The translations under genes were made by a program, and so were the position numbers. A stretch of DNA of 64,000 bases from a virus (lineage: Duplodnaviria > Caudoviricetes), in the IMG/VR virus record IMGVR_UViG_3300008267_000012; one strand, given 5' to 3'. Shown here piece by piece: positions 19,601 to 30,900 of the stretch (positions within the stretch are counted from its first letter, which is position 1; every line of letters begins with the position of its first letter). A model generated the notes under the pieces. It was not told the origin of the DNA. It made no database searches and saw only the letters and a list, made by a program, of their open reading frames with translations.

Positions 19601-19798
19601 TTAAGAAGCTTTATTTTTCCAAGCGTTAGTGTATTGTAAAAGGTCTTGCCTATTATATGTTTTAAGTAATTCATCCATAGCCTCAATTACTTCTTTTTGT
19701 GTAAATTCACATGCATCTTTAATATCATCAACCCAAGTGTTATTTTCAAGTGATGAAAGATATTTTTTATCGGATTTTCTCTGTATTTTCTTTACCAT
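19601..19798 (-). CDS. Small hypothetical protein (65 aa)
   Basis: Intact ORF; upstream CTACTTATA (19819-19827) and TTATTTATA (19830-19838) variants. Confidence 0.6.
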   Translation of the reverse strand: MVKKIQRKSDKKYLSSLENNTWVDDIKDACEFTQKEVIEAMDELLKTYNRQDLLQYTNAWKNKAS

Positions 19799-19841
19799 GA
19801 TTGTAATTATTTATTTACTATAAGTAGTTTATAAATAATAA

Positions 19842-19872
19842 ACCCATCCAAATTTTTAATATTCGGATGGGT
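19842..19872 (-). terminator. Putative intrinsic terminator after the YadA-like fibre gene
   Basis: ACCCATCC...GGATGGGT 8-bp GC-rich stem followed by TTATTATTT on the minus strand, 21 nt after stop 19894. Confidence 0.6.
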
Positions 19873-19893
19873 CATTATATATGTTAAAATAGT

Positions 19894-22800
19894 TTAGTCG
19901 TTTGGTATGAATGTTATTTGATTAACTTCATGGTATACTACACCTGCTCTATTTATTGCATATGCTCTAGCATATATATAATTACCAAGTTCATTATTAA
20001 AATCAACATTATATGTACCACTACCTATTATATTACCAAATATATTACCAAAATTTAGTTTATTATCAGCAATTGTTGGATTTGGTGTCAATGACCAAAC
20101 AATACCAAACTCTGTAACTGTTGAACTACCTGAACTTGCTAATGTAACATCAAAATCAACTGTACCATTTCCATTTACCGTATAATCATCTAAATAGACA
20201 GTTGGTTTAAATCCAACATAACTTTTTATTTCTATTGTTGTATTAAATAATAAACCATCATAATTATAATTATTTGCCCCATCATATGCACTAGCCGAAA
20301 GATAAACAAAATCATCAATTTTACTTTCTGAATAAATAGCTGAAAAAAGTGATAGAGATACAAACGGATAAAAATCATAAGGTGTTAATTGTGAAGTAAC
20401 AATAGATGTTTTTTCTCTTGGGAATGTTTGATTTCCACCACTAAAATATGCACCATATGCACCTTCTCCACCAAATGGATTAAGTACCCAAACAATTTCA
20501 TCATCAAAACTATTTTCTAAAACATTAACTACTAGCGTTGGTGCTTCTACTGTTAATAAAGAACCGTTTGACCAATTTGTTGGATATCTTCCTGTTGCTA
20601 CAAATTGTTCTTCTGTTTGATTATTGGTTGCTCCAATATTTAAGAAATCATCACCTGCTACATAAGAAAGTATTTTGTATGTTTCTCCAACAATTAATCC
20701 TTGATATGGTAAAGATGTTATGTTTTGTGGTGGTATGTGTGTTAATAATGCTCTATATGTTCTATAACCATTATCAAATCTACCTTCTACATTTACACTA
20801 TTTTCGTTAATGTAGAAAATATCGCTTTTATTTTCATATGTACCATTACCAACAACCATTAATGAATCAGTATTTCCTGATTTATTAAATTTACCTGATG
20901 CATGTTGATAATCCTTTGTTGTTATTGTTCCCAAACCTTCAGCATGTGAATAATTACCTAATGTTAGTGTACCACTACCTTCTGTGTGCGAACCTGTACC
21001 AAGAGCCTGTGTTGCTATACCTTCAGCATGTGATGCATCACCAATTGAGTAAGTAGCACCTCTTGGATTAATATTGTATGGCAAATAAATATAAGAAGAA
21101 CCATTCAATGTTAAATTATCAAATACTACGGTTGTATATCCTGACTCAAATGTTGATGCTGATATTGTAGCTATAACTCCACCATAAGTATTACTATCCT
21201 GTCTATCATCAAATATGATTGGACTACTAGCTACGAAAACATCTGTTAAGTCTTGCGTTTCATTTTCATTTAATACTGCAATACCATTTACTACATTTGT
21301 ACTTCTATATCCTCTAGCACCTGCTAAATTCATTATACCTTCTGTATGTGATGCCATACCAGCTGCAATTGCACCACCCATGCCTGTAGAACCTTCAGCA
21401 TGGGAATAATCACCAATTGATTGTGTATTATAACCTTCTGAATGTGACCCTGTACCAATTGCTCCTGTACTATCGCCTTCAGCATGTGAATTTGAACCAA
21501 ATGTTGTTGTTCTATATCCTTCTGCATGTGAATTTGAACCAAATGTTTGTGTTTCACTACCTTCAGCATGTGATGCAAATCCAAATCTTTCATAATTATT
21601 TCCATCGGGCCATGTTTGCTCATTTTCTATTCTAGAAAATCTTGGATTATAAATATAAATATCTTCACCAATTAAATATGATGAAAATGCTGAACCTGCT
21701 GTTATAAATGTATTAGTACCATCAAAACCTAGTGTTGTTGACCCTAAATTATTATATTCAATAGTTGTTTGAGTTTTATAATAGTATTTTAAATCACCAG
21801 GATTAAGATTGTAAAAAGATATTGAATTTGTTAAATCACCAAAACCACTATCTAATCTTAAAGTTGTTGCATCAACTACATTCGCAGGAATTGCATTTAT
21901 ACCTGCTTTTGTATTTTCACCTTCAGCATGTGAATTATCATGATTAGCTTGTGTTTCAGAACCTTCAGCATGTGATGCAGTACCTGCTGCTTGTGTTATT
22001 ACACCTTCAGCATGTGAATGATTACCTAATGCAGCAGTTTTTCTACCTTCTGAATGTGAATTATTACCAATTGCAACAGTAAAAGAACCTTCTGAATGAC
22101 TGTAATAATAATTATCAGAATCTAATCTAAAAAGTACACCAATATCGTTTAAATTACCATTTAAACCACAAAATACATTACTACTAATATTTGATGCACT
22201 TCCTAATGTCATTGTTTTAGCAGTATAATCTATGGATTTAATATATGTTCTTGTCAATTGATTATAATTTCCACCTGCACTTCTAACATAAGCAACAAGA
22301 TTACCTACATTAAAGTTTGCAGTATTTGTAACTGTGATAGTTTCAGTATTTCCATCAACTGCTGTTATATAAGTATAGTAAGTTGGTGTAAATGTTGCAC
22401 TACCTTCAGCATGTGAACCTTCACCTAAAGCAAATGTTTCATAACCTTCGGCATGTGAATATACACCATGTGCCTCTGAATAATATCCTTCAGCATGTGA
22501 TGCATAATTATATGCTTTTGTGTTACTACCTTCGGAATGTGATGCAAATCCATCTGAAAATGTTGAATCACCTTCAGCATGTGAAAATCCTCCTATTGCC
22601 ATCGTTCCTATACCTTCAGGATGTGAACCTTCACCTAAAGCTATTGTAAATGCACCTTCAGAATGTGAACTCTCACCTCCTGCAATAGTAAAGTATCCTT
22701 CAGAATGTTGATTATTAGTGAATGGAATTATATGAGTTGATTCAAGTGAAGCGCAAGCAATTAATGCTTCAGTTGTATTTATACTAGTATTTTGAAGATA

Positions 22801-24048
22801 TATTGTATATGTCTGTGCTGATGGAATATATGTTGTTGATGAGATTGAAAAATAAGAACGACCATATTCATCATCATAAGCTGAATCATCTAATATAATA
22901 TATTCTCTATTATCTTTTTCTATAATTATAAAATCATTTTGTTGATTTGAATCAATATTTTCTATGGTGATTGCACCATTAATAATACTTGAACTATAAA
23001 ATGCTCTTAAACCTGTTTGAGTATATCCACCTTCAGCATGTGAATAATCACTAAGTGCATTTACACTTACACCTTCAGCAGTAGAATATGTACCTACTGT
23101 GCTTGAACCAAAACCTTCAGTAAAATAATAAGTTGTTTCTAAAGATGTTGAAAAAACAAGTATTGATTTATCGTTATCAATATCATAAATTATATCCGTT
23201 ATGGTTGGTAAATCATAATAGTATTTATTTAAGCTAAAAGAATCAGGTCCATTTGAAATATAAAAACTAGTTGTTTGAATTGGTAATTCAGGTATTAAAC
23301 TTGAAAAATCACCATTTAATGTAAATGCTGATGTTGTAGATGAAAATAAACTTGGTGTTATAAACTGATTATTATATGAAGAATCTGTATAACTAAATTC
23401 AAAATAATTAATAGAACCTGAACCTATAATATTTACTGCTGTACCTGTATAAACTGCAAAGTCAGAAGCTTGATTAAAACCACTACCACTTATAGTACCT
23501 CCACTTGAAGGTCCAAATGACCAATTAAGATAATGTCTTTCATAAACAGGTAATGTTTGTCCTGATGGTGGTCCTGCAATAACTTTACCATTAATTTGCC
23601 AAGCATTACCAATACCAAACATTTCAGAAATCTGAATTGTTGCACTATTTGATGCATTACCTGCATATGTTATTTGTAATAAAGCATTTTTAGGGGATTG
23701 TTGTAATGCAGCCCACCAAGTATTTCTACTTGTAGATGATGTATCACCGTTATTTACTTTAATTTTTAATAAATTATTTGGATTTAATGTATTACTAGTT
23801 AATCCTGAAAATAATTCAATATTAAAATACATATCACTTGGAGTAGGTTTATTACCAGGTGTTATTGGTTCACCTAATAACCAAATATATCCTTGATTTG
23901 AACTTGTTCCTCCACTACTTATTACTGTTGTTTCGCCAACATAAATTGTTGTTGCACAAAGTACACCAACAAATTTTACATCACTATTAATTTCTAAACT
24001 TGTATCAGGAGTTGCTGTTTGTATTGAATTTACCTTTAGTACGCTCAT
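19894..24048 (-). CDS. Trimeric adhesin-like fibre with ~24 YadA-head-like 14-aa SH(A/S/T)EG repeats and four inserted domains
   Basis: Repeats such as ASHAEGSETQTFGS counted by eye; terminal YQHASGKFN...LMVVGNG neck-like motif; C-terminal FN3-like SSGSSTVTEFGIVWS...YARAYAIN. Confidence 0.8.
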   Translation of the reverse strand: MSVLKVNSIQTATPDTSLEINSDVKFVGVLCATTIYVGETTVISSGGTSSNQGYIWLLGEPITPGNKPTPSDMYFNIELFSGLTSNTLNPNNLLKIKVNNGDTSSTSRNTWWAALQQSPKNALLQITYAGNASNSATIQISEMFGIGNAWQINGKVIAGPPSGQTLPVYERHYLNWSFGPSSGGTISGSGFNQASDFAVYTGTAVNIIGSGSINYFEFSYTDSSYNNQFITPSLFSSTTSAFTLNGDFSSLIPELPIQTTSFYISNGPDSFSLNKYYYDLPTITDIIYDIDNDKSILVFSTSLETTYYFTEGFGSSTVGTYSTAEGVSVNALSDYSHAEGGYTQTGLRAFYSSSIINGAITIENIDSNQQNDFIIIEKDNREYIILDDSAYDDEYGRSYFSISSTTYIPSAQTYTIYLQNTSINTTEALIACASLESTHIIPFTNNQHSEGYFTIAGGESSHSEGAFTIALGEGSHPEGIGTMAIGGFSHAEGDSTFSDGFASHSEGSNTKAYNYASHAEGYYSEAHGVYSHAEGYETFALGEGSHAEGSATFTPTYYTYITAVDGNTETITVTNTANFNVGNLVAYVRSAGGNYNQLTRTYIKSIDYTAKTMTLGSASNISSNVFCGLNGNLNDIGVLFRLDSDNYYYSHSEGSFTVAIGNNSHSEGRKTAALGNHSHAEGVITQAAGTASHAEGSETQANHDNSHAEGENTKAGINAIPANVVDATTLRLDSGFGDLTNSISFYNLNPGDLKYYYKTQTTIEYNNLGSTTLGFDGTNTFITAGSAFSSYLIGEDIYIYNPRFSRIENEQTWPDGNNYERFGFASHAEGSETQTFGSNSHAEGYRTTTFGSNSHAEGDSTGAIGTGSHSEGYNTQSIGDYSHAEGSTGMGGAIAAGMASHTEGIMNLAGARGYRSTNVVNGIAVLNENETQDLTDVFVASSPIIFDDRQDSNTYGGVIATISASTFESGYTTVVFDNLTLNGSSYIYLPYNINPRGATYSIGDASHAEGIATQALGTGSHTEGSGTLTLGNYSHAEGLGTITTKDYQHASGKFNKSGNTDSLMVVGNGTYENKSDIFYINENSVNVEGRFDNGYRTYRALLTHIPPQNITSLPYQGLIVGETYKILSYVAGDDFLNIGATNNQTEEQFVATGRYPTNWSNGSLLTVEAPTLVVNVLENSFDDEIVWVLNPFGGEGAYGAYFSGGNQTFPREKTSIVTSQLTPYDFYPFVSLSLFSAIYSESKIDDFVYLSASAYDGANNYNYDGLLFNTTIEIKSYVGFKPTVYLDDYTVNGNGTVDFDVTLASSGSSTVTEFGIVWSLTPNPTIADNKLNFGNIFGNIIGSGTYNVDFNNELGNYIYARAYAINRAGVVYHEVNQITFIPND

Positions 24049-24066
24049 CTTTTTTTCTTTAATTAG

Positions 24067-24369
24067 TTATAATATTGTTAAAACTGAATTTTGAGGTACA
24101 CTTATTGTTACCCCTGACGCTAATGTTATTGTTGGTCCAATTATCAAAGCATTTGAATTTTGAGGTATTTGAATACTTTCTGTATAAACCTGTGGATTAC
24201 TATAAAAATTGGCTGAAACATTCATAAATGGTTCAGCAGTTGCTAAAGTATTGGCTAAATTATCAACTGTGACATTATAAGTTGAATTACCTTCTTGTGC
24301 AGGTAACGCAGTATTTAATGTTGGTGTAATTAAATTGGGTAATTGGGTAATTGTTTTTCCTGTTATCAT
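24067..24369 (-). CDS. Small structural/fibre-associated protein
   Basis: GKTITQLP...TYNVTVDNL and ALIIGPTITLASGVTISVP motifs are common in phage fibre-associated proteins. Confidence 0.55.
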   Translation of the reverse strand: MITGKTITQLPNLITPTLNTALPAQEGNSTYNVTVDNLANTLATAEPFMNVSANFYSNPQVYTESIQIPQNSNALIIGPTITLASGVTISVPQNSVLTIL

Positions 24370-24370
24370 T

Positions 24371-24901
24371 TTATGTAAATTTTAAGTATTGATTTTCACC
24401 AACTTTTATATACTCATTACCAATCCCTGTTAAGATTGCATCATATATATCCACTTCAATCGGTGGAGGTTGTGGAGGTTGTGGTGCATTTGTTTGTGTA
24501 ATTGTTGATGTTTTTGTAAATGATGGTAAAACTTCAATATCAAGCTGATAACTCAATGGTATAACTATTGTCTTTTGCTCACCATATTTTTCAAAAATAA
24601 TTTTAAACTCACCCTTATATTTACCTGGTTTTGAAGTATCCTTTTTGGTAAATTTATATTGAATTGTAAAGTCAATAATTTCTCTGCAAGTATCTTCTTG
24701 ATTTAATTGTGTATTAGTTTTTGTTTCAACATTTACAATAGCACTTTTATCATGTACCTTATAACATCCTCTATTATCAACCATTGAAAATAAAACAGTA
24801 GCATTCTGAATTATATCCACTAATTCATAAAAATTCCTACCTTTATAAGGTTTTAATTCCAATATTGGTAGTTCGCTATTTTGTTTTATTGAAAAATCCA
24901 T
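24371..24901 (-). CDS. BppU-N-like baseplate/fibre adaptor protein
   Basis: FSIKQNSELPILELKP...TVLFSMVD...TIQYKFTKKDTSKPGKYKGEFKIIF; paralogue of 19129-19578. Confidence 0.6.
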   Translation of the reverse strand: MDFSIKQNSELPILELKPYKGRNFYELVDIIQNATVLFSMVDNRGCYKVHDKSAIVNVETKTNTQLNQEDTCREIIDFTIQYKFTKKDTSKPGKYKGEFKIIFEKYGEQKTIVIPLSYQLDIEVLPSFTKTSTITQTNAPQPPQPPPIEVDIYDAILTGIGNEYIKVGENQYLKFT

Positions 24902-27900
24902 TTATTTAAGTTTTCTAAAGCCGTATCTATCAGAGAAGTAATTATAGTTCTTTTTAATTTCAGGGAATGGTAAATCAATATCATACATTCTAAGTCTTTG
25001 TATCTTTCCATAGAATGAACCATCAAAATTCTCTTCAATAACAGATTTAATTCCTCTATTGTATAATATTTCAGTACTGATAGTATAAGAAGTTGTTCCT
25101 GTAAGGTCAACTACATCATATTCACGGAATGAAATATCATCAAAGTAAAAGTTATAGTAAGATGTTATTGCTGTTGAATTTTCAAACTTAATAATAGGTG
25201 TATAAGATGTATATGCATTTATTTCGCTTGGTGTTACAAAATCAATTGATAAATAAGTCCATGTATTTGCAGAACTAATTGTATTATAAGTTGTAGTTGT
25301 TAATACCTCAATTTCAGAATCTAATGGATTAGTAAAATCAAAATAAATACCCTTTTCTTCATTTGGTAAAAATCCATTATCATCATAAAAATAACCACTT
25401 AATATATATCTCTTTTTAGGTTTTATTTCTAAAGGATTTTCAAATATTAATAAATTATTTGTTAATGAAGTAAATGTGGTTGCTGTTGATGATGTAATAG
25501 AATCAGGTATTAAATTATACTCACTAAAAGTATAGTTATCAATAAAGAATTTATAACTTTCTGTTATTGCTGTAATATTACCTACTTTTATAACAGGAGT
25601 ATAAATTGTAAATGATGATAATACTTCAGGTGTTGTAAACTCAACACTTAAATCAACCCAAGCATTTGATAAAACACTATCATTATATGTGATTGATGTT
25701 AAGATAATATTTTCACCTGATAATGTAGGTTCAAAATCAAAATAAATATTCTTTGATTCTCCACTTAAATAACTATTATTATCGTAGAATTTAGTTGAAA
25801 CTGTATATTTTTTAGCAGGATTAATATTTATATCTTCAAATTTAAAGATATTATCCGTTAAGGATGAATATGTTAAGCCTGTAACAATATCTTGTTCATA
25901 TAATTTAAAATCATCAAACTTAAATCCATAAATTGATGGGAAGCAATCACCAAAATCAACATTTACACCTAATGTATAAGAAGTTGCTCCTGTGATTATT
26001 GATGGTGTTTTAATTTCTGTTCTAAGTGTATACCAAGTATTGAAAGAATCTGAATTTGTGTATGCTGTTTTTCCAAGAAGTTCATGTTCTGAATCTAAAT
26101 TCAAGAAATCTATATCAACATACTTGTATGTACTTGTAAAACTAAAGAAATCATTAAATCTTGTTTCAAGAATATATACTTTACTTGGATTTATTGGTTT
26201 TTGGTCAGTAAAAGTAAAGATTGTATTAGATGGTGAATTAAATGTATTACCTGTAAGGTCGGTATTTCTTACATTTAAAATAAATGCAGATGGATTACCA
26301 ACTTCACTAAATGGTAGTGTTTCTAATGTTCCATCAACTAAATCAATTGTAATACCTGATGTAATTCCAACTGTATGTCCACTATCTTCAAATTCACCAA
26401 AATTAGCATCATTTAATGTTAATGTGTTTGATGTATATTGAGTTATAACAAGTGGTGGTAATGCAAGTTTAAGTGAACTATTTCCTGAGAAATATTGCTC
26501 TGTTGATACTTCTAGTATTGAATTTATTGTTTCGCTTGATACATTTTCAGTTGAGGATTCAAATGTTTTACTATAGCCTGTATTATAAACATAACTAAAT
26601 CCTGTTAATGAAAGCACAGGTAATAAATTATATTCTTCAGTATAAATATCATCAAAATAAAACTTATAACTTTGATTTATACCTGATGGATTATCAACAA
26701 ATACATATGGTGTATATGATGTGTTACCTGTTATTTGTGTTGGTGTATTAAATTCAATTTTTAAATCATTCCAAACACCTGAAGTTGTTGATGTTGTGTA
26801 AGTTAAGGATGAAACAAATATATGTTCAGAATCTAATGGTGGTAAGAATCCTATATAAACACCTTTTGTTTCTCCTGTATTGTAACTATTATCATCAAAA
26901 AATTTAGCACTAACAGCATATTTTTTATTAATTTCAGGTGTAAAACTTGATAATGTCAATAATGAATTTGTTATTGAACTAAATGTAAAAGATGTAAATC
27001 CACTTAAAGGATAATTTGTAATTGTAAAATTATCAAAATAAAATTTATAATTTGAACTTATTCCACTCTTATTATATAATTTTGCAACAGGAGTATATGT
27101 TGTAGAGCCTGTTAAAGCACTAGGAGTTATAAACTCCAATGATAAATCAACCCAAGTTTGAGAAGAAGTTGTAGTAGTATATGTTAAAGATGATATAATT
27201 ATATTCTCAGAGTCTAATCCGTTAAGAATTTCTAGTATTACACCCTTTTCTTCATTTGGTAAATAACTATTGTCATCATAAAATTGAGTATTTAGGGAAT
27301 ATTTTGTATCGCTTGTTATTGTAAACGAACTAAAATTAACTAAAATATCTGTTGTTGATGACAATGTAAATGAAGTATAAGTATCAATCGTTTCATATGA
27401 TAAATAATAGTTATCAAAGAAAAAATTATAACCTTGATTATTAATAGTTAAAGATGTAACAGTCTCACCGCTTGTTCCACCTGTAAAAATTAAAGTTGTT
27501 GATGATGGTTCAGCTAATTCATTTTCATAATCAATACTTGTTGAAAATTTATAAATACTATTACCAGTCATTATTGGTGGTGTTTTAAACACATATCTTA
27601 ATTTTGTCCAAGTATTTGCTGATGTTGTAGATGTATATGTTTCAGCGGATAAAATAAGAATTTCAGGGTCTAATGTAGGAATCGTATCTAAATAAATACT
27701 TTTATTTGAACCTGTCCAAGTTTGTGCAATATTTTGTGTATATGCTGAATAATTAATTACATCTCCACTAGCATTTGTTCCTGTATAAGCAGTTACAAAT
27801 ACAGTTTGACCTGTAGCCGTATAGTCATATGTGTAACCTTCATAATAATAATATGCGTTTGGTAATAATGTAATATTATTTACAAAATAAAATAAGTTTT

Positions 27901-30900
27901 TATCAATACTAAAGAATGGAGCATAGCTATCTTGTTGTGGATATGGTGCAACTCTAAGACTTACTGAACCACTTAATACAGGATATACTTCATAAAAATA
28001 TGCTGCCGTATTATTTGTGTTAATTCCATTGGATAAAAATTCAAATGTACCACTATTACCATTTGTAATAACATTACCTGTGTAGACAGTAAGACCTGTA
28101 GTTACTGTGATACCTGAAGCATCACCAAATAATTTCAATGATGTTGAACTTGTAAAATATTGATTTGAAAATTGTTCTGTGCTTGATGTTAAAGTTGCTG
28201 CACTTATTTCTGTTGTAAATCCACTTATACTACCTTCAAAATCATATAATATTGTACCTGCTGAAACATATTCATATATTGTTTTAGTGGATGATGATGA
28301 GGCAGATAAAATTAATGAACTCAATCCTGAAAAAGTTTGAGCAGTTGTTGATGTAATTACGACATCTAAGACATCTGTAGTTACACCGCTAATACTAGTT
28401 TCAAAATCAATTGTATATGAAGAGTTAAAAAAATATGTATAACTTGTTGCATAACCAGTTAAATAGGTTATTGATGTAATTGGGTCAAGAGGTTTTAATT
28501 TTAAAGAATAATTACCTGAATGTGTAAGTGCTGTGCTTGAGTCTATTATAATATCAATAACATCACTTGTAATACCTGTTATATTATTTTCAAAAGTTCC
28601 ATTATCACCATTTAAGAAATAATTTGTATTTCCTGATACATTGTATTGTTCAAATACAAAATCATCAAAAATAAATTTATAATCAATTGAAATACCTGTT
28701 GGATTTACAAATTTAATTACAGGTAAATAACTTGTATTTCCTGTTATTACGGATGGACTTAGAAAGTCTAATTGTAAATCAGTCCAAGTTTGACTTGGTG
28801 TTGTTGTCGTATATGTTAAAGAAGATATAACTATATTTTCAGAATCTAATCCACCTGAGAATGTTAAATAAACACCTTTAGTTTCTCCTGAATTATAACT
28901 ATTGTCATCGTAAAATTTACCTTTGTAAACGTATTTCCTATCAGGAATAATATTTACAGGATTAAATATCAATAAGTTATCACCTGTTGCGCTAAATGTA
29001 AGTCCTGATGTTGAAATAACAGTTTCTAAAATGCTAGGTGAATATTCAATTACTGAGATTTCATCAAAATAAAATTTATAATCATTAACTAAATCAAATA
29101 TAAAACCAACTTCAATAGATGGTAGATAATTTGTAATACCTGTAATTGCTGATGGAGTTGTAAATTCTAATTTTAAATCAACCCATTTTCTTTTTTCAAC
29201 AGTATTGTCATATGTTACTGCTGTTAATACTGTATTTTCAGGGTCTAATCCACCTTGAAAACTTAAAAATACTGATTTGTTATTACCTGTAAAACTATTA
29301 TCATCATAAAACTTAGCAGTATAAATATATCTAGAATTTGGATTAACTGTTATACCTGTTGTACCAAACATTGGTGTTGGTAAAGTATTAATTAATAACA
29401 AATTATTAGTATCCGATGTGTATGATAATGTAGATGCGCTAGAATTACTTAATTTAAGTGTTGTTTCACATTGATATGGATGGTCAGCACTTATTTCAAG
29501 TAATCCATTATAGACTTCAGTAATTACATTTCCAGCTTGATAAATATCATTTATTAAATTTGTACTTGCACTAATGGTTGTTGAACTAACTACTGTGGTT
29601 GGATTTACATTCATTAATAAGACAGAATTATCTTGAGATAAAACCGTACTAAATAAATTATATAAAACATCGGTAGTTGCACCTGTTGTCGCAGCACTAA
29701 GAGTATTTGTATCGCCATATTCTATTTGACTCGTACCACCTGTTATTTGCACATCGTATTCATCAAATGTAAAACTATCAAAATATAATTCATAAAATCT
29801 TGTTCCTGCCGTTAAATCTTCAATTTTTACAGCAGGTGTATATGCCGTTAAACCTGTAATAACTTGTGGAGTTTGAAATTCAAAAATTATATTAGACCAG
29901 GTATTTGGTAAGTCCTCAGTTGTTAAATATGTATGTGATGTGATTACGGTTATTTCTGAATCTAAATTTTCAATAAACCCAAGAGATATTTCATTTATAT
30001 AACAATTAAAGCTATCATGGTCATATAAATTAGCTGCATAAATATATCTTTTATTAGGATTTATTGAAATTGGTTGTGTGAATCTTAATAGATTATCTGT
30101 TATTGAACTAAATGTAGATGCTGTATAGTCATTATAAGTTAATAATAATGAACCACTTCCTGAATAAACTTGAGTTGAACTGCTTAATAATAAACTATTT
30201 ACTAAATCTGTACTTACATTATTAATTGCGGTTTCAAATGTACCAAAATCACCATCATTAAATAAAGTTTGACCTGTTACTAATGTGTAAGAGTAGCCAC
30301 TTAAATTTTCAATACTGTAACCACTTTGATAAATAAAATCTCTACCTGTAATAATATTTTCAGTTACAGTTGCTGATGAGAATGCATCAACATATGAATG
30401 TTTTAATCCCCAAGTACCCCCACCCCAATTTATTGTATATGGAATTCCAATTTGTCTATCAGCATCAATGCTTAATGGTCTTAACCAAAAGAATTCTTCT
30501 GTGTTATCAACTTCATGAAATAATTTACCATTTACATAAATCTTAAAGAATCCATCTCTTCTTGAAACACAATCAATTAAATTATCACCTTCAAAATCTT
30601 TAATTTTTTTACAATATCTAAAGGTGGTAACAATATTTGTCCAACCTGTAGTTAATATTGGATTATCACTTTTATATTCAGTTACAAAGCCTGATGTTAC
30701 TAAATATCTTAATGATATTGTTTTATCATCGTTGAATTTTAAACCTGCTGCATTATATTCAATATCAGGTAAATAACTATTTGTATCATATGTTATTTTT
30801 GATGTATCATCATTTGCCCCTGAAAATGCAATATTGAATTTATTTTCAGATTTAGCACCTAAATATAAAAAGAAACCATCTGTAAATGAATTAATATTAT

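Noticed and set aside
20900-23080. 42-bp-period DNA repeats (e.g. GCATGTGAATTTGAACCAAATGTT at ~21482 and ~21524) as a CRISPR array
   Set aside because: They are the coding sequence of the 14-aa SHAEG protein repeats, with codon-wobble variation and no cas genes.
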